Position numbers and translations under genes: made by a program. Positions 1-6,900 of a DNA stretch of 32,000 nucleotides are shown here, piece after piece. Below the pieces are notes generated by a model. The model searched no databases. It was given only the letters and a program-made list of their open reading frames with translations, and had not been told where the DNA came from. The DNA is from Trichodesmium erythraeum IMS101 (lineage in GTDB: Bacteria > Cyanobacteriota > Cyanobacteriia > Cyanobacteriales > Microcoleaceae): positions 5,790,001 to 5,822,000 of the forward strand of contig NC_008312.1 of assembly GCF_000014265.1 (NCBI RefSeq), in the 5' to 3' direction. Numbering within the stretch: position 1 is the first letter of the stretch; each line of letters opens with the position of its first letter.

Positions 1-519
1 TAGAGTAGGTAAAGATCCTGTTCTTTCAAGAGCAGAAAAGCTCTCAAGAGGTATCCAGTTTCCATGAGTATCTAACCACCCCATTTTTTGTGAGTTATTA
101 ATACCTACCTGATTTTTGAATTGAGTAATTGCAACAGGACGTCTTTCTATAATCTTAATATTTAAACTTGGGGGAAATAAACGACGGCTAATTCTTGCCT
201 TAGCAATTGGACTCTGTGACTCTAAATTCTGAGCTAATATTTGTGTTTTAATTACCCAAAGAGACTGAGGATAATCTAAAGAAATTAGAGACAATATTGC
301 TCGGTCTGAAAGCAATTGATTACCTTCTACGGTTAATTGCTCTTGTTTAGTTATTAGCCAAATTGGTTGAGTAATTGCCCAAAGTAAAGCTGCACCTAAA
401 CCACCAACTGCTAGTACTTGCCATACTATAACTAATAACTTTAAACGTCGTTGAAGCCGTAATTTTTGTCTACGACTTACTAAATCTGATTCAGAAACTG
501 ATCCAATATTATTAGCCAT
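1..519 (-). CDS. ftsQ: Cell-division protein FtsQ/DivIB, N-terminal 173 codons (3' end lies beyond the window start)
   Basis: Absent from the ORF track because it runs off the edge. The reverse complement from ATG (519-517) reads MANNIGSVSESDLVSRRQKLRLQRRLKLLVIVWQVLAVGGLGAALLWAI, a basic stretch plus one TM helix. It continues ...LTVEGNQLLSDRAILSLISLDYPQSLWVIKTQILAQNLESQSPIAKARISRRLFPPSLNIKIIERRPVAI, a POTRA-type FtsQ pattern. The frame is open through all 173 codons to position 1. Confidence 0.7.
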   Translation of the reverse strand, partial: MANNIGSVSESDLVSRRQKLRLQRRLKLLVIVWQVLAVGGLGAALLWAITQPIWLITKQEQLTVEGNQLLSDRAILSLISLDYPQSLWVIKTQILAQNLESQSPIAKARISRRLFPPSLNIKIIERRPVAITQFKNQVGINNSQKMGWLDTHGNWIPLESFSALERTGSLPTL

Positions 520-1030
520 TTACTTAGAAGATATCTATAAAATAAATATTAAAGGGATACTCAAAGGCTACATTTTTTGGTTCACACCAACCATAGCAGC
601 TTACTATCAAGTTTAACTATTAATTTACCCCTAGCCCACTCTAATAGAATGTTTCATCTAAAATGGTGTGTGGTGAAAGATTTTTAAATACATTTCACAG
701 CTTAAATTTTAGCTGTCAATACTCAGGATACAAGTTTGACACTAAGCTCTAGTGTTGGTCCACTAGAAGAATAAATCGTTTTAGCTATCTCTGTTTACTA
801 AACTATATTAATTTAAACCTCACTGAGAGCTGATGGCTAACAATAGCAAACTCTAAAAAAGTAGTTGTTAAATTCAGTATAAATGTTTCATAACTCCCAT
901 CAATTAGAGCTTACTGAAAAAATACTTTGGTAAAGGCACAGAATAGGTAATATTATGTCCAATTGAATCTTTAGACTTTAAATTTAATCTTTGTACTTTA
1001 TATTAAGTAGCTCGGAATATTTGTTAAATA

Positions 1031-1959
1031 TAGTCTATTTAACTTAAGAATGAAACAAAAAGAGTGTAAGATTGAACAGAGAAGATATGGGAGTATAAAT
1101 CATAGCTTATAGTTTAGATTTAAGACAAAAAGTAATAGTAATAATAGAACATAGCGGTAGAGTCACCAAAGCGACGTAAGTGTTTGGAATAGGAATAGCG
1201 TCAATGTACAGATGGCTTGAGAGAAAGGAGCTGTCAGCAACAAAGGTAAAATATATCTAGCATTCGCTAGATATAAGAGAATTGTCAATAAATTGACAAG
1301 AAAATCCAGAAACTAGATTAAAACAGAAAGCTGAAAAATACTGCAATTTTTAAGGCTATCAAAAAAATGAAAATAGCCAGAAAAAAAAGAAGTACGTTAT
1401 TGCACAAAGTAGTAGATAATAATGGATAAAATATTATGATGATTTACCGAAATTAATCAAAATATATGGGGTTACAAGTTTAGTATTGGTTTTGGAGTTA
1501 GGACTTGAATAATTTCTAAATTGTATTTATGTGTGGTAAAAAAGGGGGAAAAATTTATGGAGATAGGCAAGGAAAGAGGAGAAAAAGAGAAAACTTAGTC
1601 CCTGGTAGAAGAAAAGGAAAAAAAGATTTAATTCCACCAATGATATTCACAGAAAGTTTGAATACAGAAGATTTTGAAGGCTGGTTATCAATATATTTAT
1701 TACCATCATTAACCATCACATCAGTTTTGATTATGGATAATGCACCAATTCATCGAAAAACAGTGATTAAACAAATAGTTGAAGATGGAGGTTATCAGGT
1801 CATATTCCTCCCTAAGTATTCTCCTGATTTGAATAATATTGAACATAATTTTAGTGCCTTAAAGAGAGCCAGAATTTATGCTCATTCAAATACACCCTTA
1901 GATGAAATCATCCGTGATTATTGTGTAGTTTAATGTCTCATTCTTAAGTTAAATAACTA
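1031..1959 (+). mobile_element. Decayed ISY100/IS630-family insertion sequence (~930 bp) with terminal inverted repeats and TA flanks
   Basis: The left end 1031-1057 (tagtctatttaacttaagaatgaaaca) pairs with the right end 1934-1959 (tgtctcattcttaagttaaataacta) as inverted repeats, with one mismatch and one 1-nt indel. TA lies immediately outside both ends (1029-1030 and 1960-1961), as expected for an IS630/Tc1 target duplication. The size matches the short ISY100-type IS630 members. Confidence 0.8.
1087..1933 (+). pseudogene. IS630-family DDE transposase, inactivated by stops and frameshifts
   Basis: ATG at 1087 is followed by a stop at codon 4 (MGV*). The frame continues IIAYSLDLRQKVIVIIEHSGRVTKAT* .. 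SMYRWLERKEL (HTH region), then shows many stops and frame changes across 1180-1528. Only the last 134 codons remain open (track ORF 1529..1933). They carry the DDE_3-type signature LIMDNAPIHRK ... FLPKYSPDLNNIEHNFSALK. Confidence 0.8.
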
Positions 1960-2468
1960 TAAGTTAGAGACATTACATAGAACATTTGTAAGAAAGACTT
2001 AAGTTAAAAAAATCTCTAAAAAAAAAGGATATTAATAGAGATAACCGCTCTTTTATGAATAAGAGATGTTCTTTTTAAGCTACTAGAATAGTATAATTAA
2101 CATTCACAATTATGTACTTTTTTTCTACCCTTAGTAGTTAGAGTCAGGAATCACCAAGGGAATCAAAGATACTTACCACAAAAAGTTTTTTAATGGCTGA
2201 TTATCCGGATATAAGATAAGGGGAGATGAGTAATAACTATACTATCTATTTATTTATTTTTCGTCTTAACTAACGGGAAAAATATCAGTAAAAATATCAA
2301 TTTTTTGAGCCTTCTTTAGTAATTTTCTGACAACTGATAATTGATTATTGCAGGGTGAGGATAATCTATGGTTTTACCCCTAGGTATTGACATACCCCTT
2401 GTATAGATTCAAAGAATTCAGGAAAATAGTACTAAGCAACATTACACAATATTGCTTTTTATTTATAT

Positions 2469-3836
2469 ATGGAGGTAAAAAAACTCTTGAGTAAATTAGA
2501 CTTAATTAGATTTTATAAAGCTTGTAATCCAAGCAAGACCTTGATAGTAGGAAATGCAGAAGATCAGCAATATTATATAGATTTTGCCAGTGTTAGAGGT
2601 AGCGATATAATTAAAGAATTAGAAAGAACTATAATACTATTATCAGGAAATCAGCCGACTTGTCAACTATTTACAGGCCACATAGGTTGTGGTAAGTCTA
2701 CCGAATTATTTCGACTTAAAGATAAATTAGAAAAACAAGGATATCATGTTGTTTACTTTGAGTCTTCAGAAGACTTAGATATGGGAGACGTAGATATTAG
2801 CGATATTTTGCTAGCGATTGCTCGTCAAGTCAGTGAAAGCATGGAACAAGCTAAAATTCAAATCAAACCAAGTTACTTCCAAAAGTTATTTGGTGAAATA
2901 TCAGAACTGTTACAAACTCCCATAGAACTTTCCGCAGAAGCAGAGCTATCTGTTGGTATTGCTAAAATTACTGCTAAAACCAAAGATTCCCCTAAACTAC
3001 GTTCTCAGTTAAGACAATACCTCGAACCCCGAACTAGCACTATTCTAGAATCAATCAATCAAGAATTATTAGAACGTACCAATATAGAGCTCAAGAGACG
3101 AGATAAAAAAGGACTTGTTGTGATTGTTGATAATCTAGACCGTGTAGATAACTCACCCAAATCTTGGGGACGTACTCAACCAGAATATTTATTTGTAGAC
3201 CGAGGCGAGCAACTCAAAAAACTCAACTGTCATGTCGTCTACACAATTCCTCTTACATTAATGTTCTCTAATGATTATGGCAGATTATCTAGTCGATTTG
3301 GAGTGAAACCAAAAATATTACCAATGGTGCCTGTACAGATTAGGTCTAAAAAACCGACAATAGCCCCAAATGACTATGAGACAGGAATAAAATTATTACG
3401 AGAAATGGTATTAGCTAGAGCTTTTCCAGAAATACCATCCCAAAAACGTCTAGAATTTATTCCCGCTCTATTTGAAACTTCAGAAACCCTTGATAGACTT
3501 TGTCGAGTTAGTGGGGGTCACATGCGAAAACTGTTAATGTTGCTCTATAGTTGTCTGCAACAAGAAGATCCTCCTTTTTCTAGTGAATGTTTAGAAAATG
3601 TGATTCAGGAATATCGAGATGATCTAACTAGAGCTATTACTGTTGACGAATGGGAGTTGCTATTTAAAGTAGTACAAAATCAAAGAGTAACAGGAGAAGA
3701 AGAATGCCAAGCTTTACTCAGAAGTATGTTTGTTTTTGAATATCGAGATCGGGATGGTCATTGGTTTGGAATTAATCCATTGTTGGCAGAAACTAAAAAA
3801 TATGCTAGTTGGGTTAATAGTAATTATCAGGAGTGA
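2469..3836 (+). CDS. Stand-alone P-loop NTPase (KAP-like Walker B, AAA+/Orc-Cdc6-like lid, winged-helix-like tail); no sensor or effector domain
   Basis: 455-codon ORF with an ATG start. Walker A is GHIGCGKST (aa 70-78, nt 2676-2702). Walker B is GLVVIVDNLDR (Asp at nt 3129-3131). There is a sensor-2-like VSGGHMRKLLMLL and a C-terminal WELLFKVV...FVFEYRDRDGHWFGINPLL segment. It is co-oriented with the giant STAND gene and lies 108 nt upstream of it. Confidence 0.75.
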   Translation: MEVKKLLSKLDLIRFYKACNPSKTLIVGNAEDQQYYIDFASVRGSDIIKELERTIILLSGNQPTCQLFTGHIGCGKSTELFRLKDKLEKQGYHVVYFESSEDLDMGDVDISDILLAIARQVSESMEQAKIQIKPSYFQKLFGEISELLQTPIELSAEAELSVGIAKITAKTKDSPKLRSQLRQYLEPRTSTILESINQELLERTNIELKRRDKKGLVVIVDNLDRVDNSPKSWGRTQPEYLFVDRGEQLKKLNCHVVYTIPLTLMFSNDYGRLSSRFGVKPKILPMVPVQIRSKKPTIAPNDYETGIKLLREMVLARAFPEIPSQKRLEFIPALFETSETLDRLCRVSGGHMRKLLMLLYSCLQQEDPPFSSECLENVIQEYRDDLTRAITVDEWELLFKVVQNQRVTGEEECQALLRSMFVFEYRDRDGHWFGINPLLAETKKYASWVNSNYQE

Positions 3837-3944
3837 GGGAATAGGGAATAGAGTTTTAAACTATATATGTATATATGTGAAATAATTTCCCGACATGACT
3901 GAGGGGGTCAAAGCTTTGCTCCAATAAAATCTTAATCTTAACTT

Positions 3945-6900
3945 TTGACTTTTAAATTTCCTATGGAACCTTTAAAATATCCGGAAGAAAGTATTATTTA
4001 TAATAAGCGATCGCTCACAAGATTGATGAGATCTGTCACCATTTCTCAGGGACAGTTTTCGTTGATTTTAGCCTGCTGTAACTACCAACACTTCCAGCAA
4101 AGAATGATGATGGAAGTGAAAAAAATGTTATCAGTAGAACTGCAAGAAATAGTATTATCAAAAACTGTCACTACTCTTTATACAACTATCGATCAACAAT
4201 TAGAAAAGTTCCCCGAAGCTCCTGCAGTAATGATCTTAAACTTAGATAAAGTAGAAGCAATAGATGAACTACTAATATCGACTAATCAGGTAAGAGACGA
4301 ATTTAGGAAAAAATTTAGCTTTCCTCTAATTTTGTGGATTACAGATAAATTATTGGCTAAACTAATTAGATTAGCACCTGATTTTAAAAGTTGGGCAGCA
4401 GCTACAATTAAATTTGAGTTTGCGACTTCCGATTTAATACATTTACTAAAAATGGCAATAGATAGTTATTGGATAAATGAATCGGCAAATGAACAACAAC
4501 AATTAATAAAATCATCATCAAATTCTACAAAATATAATTTTTTAGTCCCTAGTTTTCTCGATCAATCTAATTGTTATTATGGTAAGAAGTTATCTCAAAA
4601 TAAACATCAAGAAATTCAATTAGCTTTCAAAGATTTAAAAGAACGTGAACAGCATTTAGAAACAACTCTTAAAGCAAAGATAGAATTTATTATTGGTCGA
4701 GATTACTTCTATAACAACAATATAGATTCTGCTCTCGAACATTATCAAGAAAGTCTAAATTTATGGGAGTATAAAATTGGGTCATTAGAGTATCCTAAAT
4801 CATCAATAATTAGCGAGAGGTTTATCCTAGAACAAAAAGGAATAGTTTTATATAATATTGCCTTGTGTTATTATCTGCAATCTACCCAAAACCCCTTAGA
4901 TAATTATCAAGAATTAGAAAAGGCAAAACTGAAGCTTGAAGAATCAAAACAACTTTTTGAAGAAGTGAATAATTTTGTCTTGGTAGCTGAGGTAATTACA
5001 ACATTAGGACAAGCTATAAAGCAGATGAAAGCTTGGGGAGAATTAGAAGCTATTGCCTTAGAAGGACTACAATTACATCACAAATATGGAAATGATTTAC
5101 AAATAGCACAAGATTATGGTTTTTTGGCAGAAGTTGCCCTACAAAAATCCAATTGGGTTGAGGCTCAGAAGCTATCTGAAAGAGCCCTTAATATTTTGTT
5201 TTATGCTAAAGATATAACATTACCAACGGAAAAAAATAAATACCTGTTATTATTAGCAAAAAGTCTCAAAAATTTATATCGTCAAGCAGAAGCTATTGAG
5301 TATTTAGAAATTGCCGAGTTAACAGAGCAAGAGGCAATTAAAAATAGTTTGAAAACTCAGGAAAATAGAGACCCAAAACTTTACATTGAGCTGTTAACGG
5401 AGTTGGGATCACTTTATTATAATCAAGGAAAATATTTACAAGCATTTCGCTTAAAAAAAGCTCAAAGAAAAATTGCGCATCAGTACGGACTTTTAGCTTT
5501 TATTGGCGCATCTCAGTTACAACCACAAAAACAAAGTTATATCAAAGAATCATTAGATTACCAAAATACTTTACCCTCAGAAATAACTGCTTCTGGTCGT
5601 CAAAAAGATATTAATAATCTCCTGGAAAGAATAAGTCGAAATGACTGTAAATTAACAATTATTCATGGTCGTTCTGGTGTAGGAAAAAGTTCTTTAGTTA
5701 ATGCTGGATTAATACCAGCTTTAAAAAATATTAGTATTTCAGCACGAGATACAGTACTAGTAGCAGTACAAAGATATAATGATTGGCTAGAAGTATTAGC
5801 ATATTCTCTCAATAAATCATTACAAAAAAAATGTAAGTTGCGAAATAATAATAATCTCTTCAAACTCAAAAAAGATTATATAAAAAATCAAGAATCAATT
5901 TTTTCTATAAGAGGAAAAAATTTGAATTCAGAAGTAGAAAAAACTTATGATTCTGAACTTAAAGATGAATTTCAGTGTATAGAATCATGTGTTATAGCTC
6001 AATTAAAAAACAATTCAGAGAATAATTTATTAACAGTAATAGTATTTGATCAATTTGAAGAATTTTTCTTTTTTAACAATAGTAGTGAAGATAGAGAAGT
6101 TTTCTACAGATTTATATGTAATTGTCTAAACCTACCCTTTGTGAAAGTAATCTTATCTATGAGAGAAGATTATTTACATTATTTATTAGAATGGGACTTT
6201 ATCAGCGATCTAGATGTTATTAATAATAATATCTTAGATAAAGATATCCGTTACCATTTAAGAGATTTTTCTAGAGAAGATGCTTATACTGTTATAGAAT
6301 GTTTAACAAAGAGAGCTAAATTTAATTTAGAACCTCAATTGATTGATGTAATTGTTGATGGTTTAGCAGATGAAAAACAGCAAATTCGCCCAATAGAATT
6401 ACAAGTAGTAGGAAGTCAACTGCAAGAAGAAAAACCTCAGATTCAAACTTTAGATCAATTTCAAAAAAAGTTTGACATTAATCCAAAAAAAGCGAAAGCA
6501 AAACTAATAAAAAATTTTTTAGAGCAAGTAATTATAGATTGTGGTCAGGAAAATGAAGAAGCTACTATGCAAGTTTTATTTGCACTAACTAATGATAATT
6601 TAACTAGAGCTACTCGTACAAAAAAAGAGTTATTAGAAATAGTAAAAACATGTATAGAAACAAGTTTTTTAGTAAATGTTGATTCTAGTAAATTTGTCGA
6701 AAATCAAATTAATTATAATGAAAAGATAGAAGGATTGCTAAATTTAATTTTAGAAATATTAGTAGATTCAGGATTATTATTTATTCGGCAAGAATGCAAT
6801 GAAAAAAACTACCAGCTAGTTCACGATTATCTAGTAAAACCAATCCGTAAAAGGTTTGACTTAGAAAATAGATTACAGCAGGCTGAGGTAGAGATAAAAA

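Noticed and set aside
1529-1933. The track ORF could be annotated as an intact 134-aa protein
   Set aside because: It is only the surviving C-terminal third of an IS630 transposase. The N-terminal two thirds (1087-1528) are readable but broken by stops and frameshifts. The whole is therefore annotated as a pseudogene.
5663-5869. 68-aa antisense ORF inside the STAND gene. The same applies to 17265-17486 (+) in the reductase gene, 18608-18796 (+) in frr, and 28683-28952 and 28858-29166 (-) in gloB.
   Set aside because: Each is nested antisense within a strongly supported CDS and has no independent motif support.
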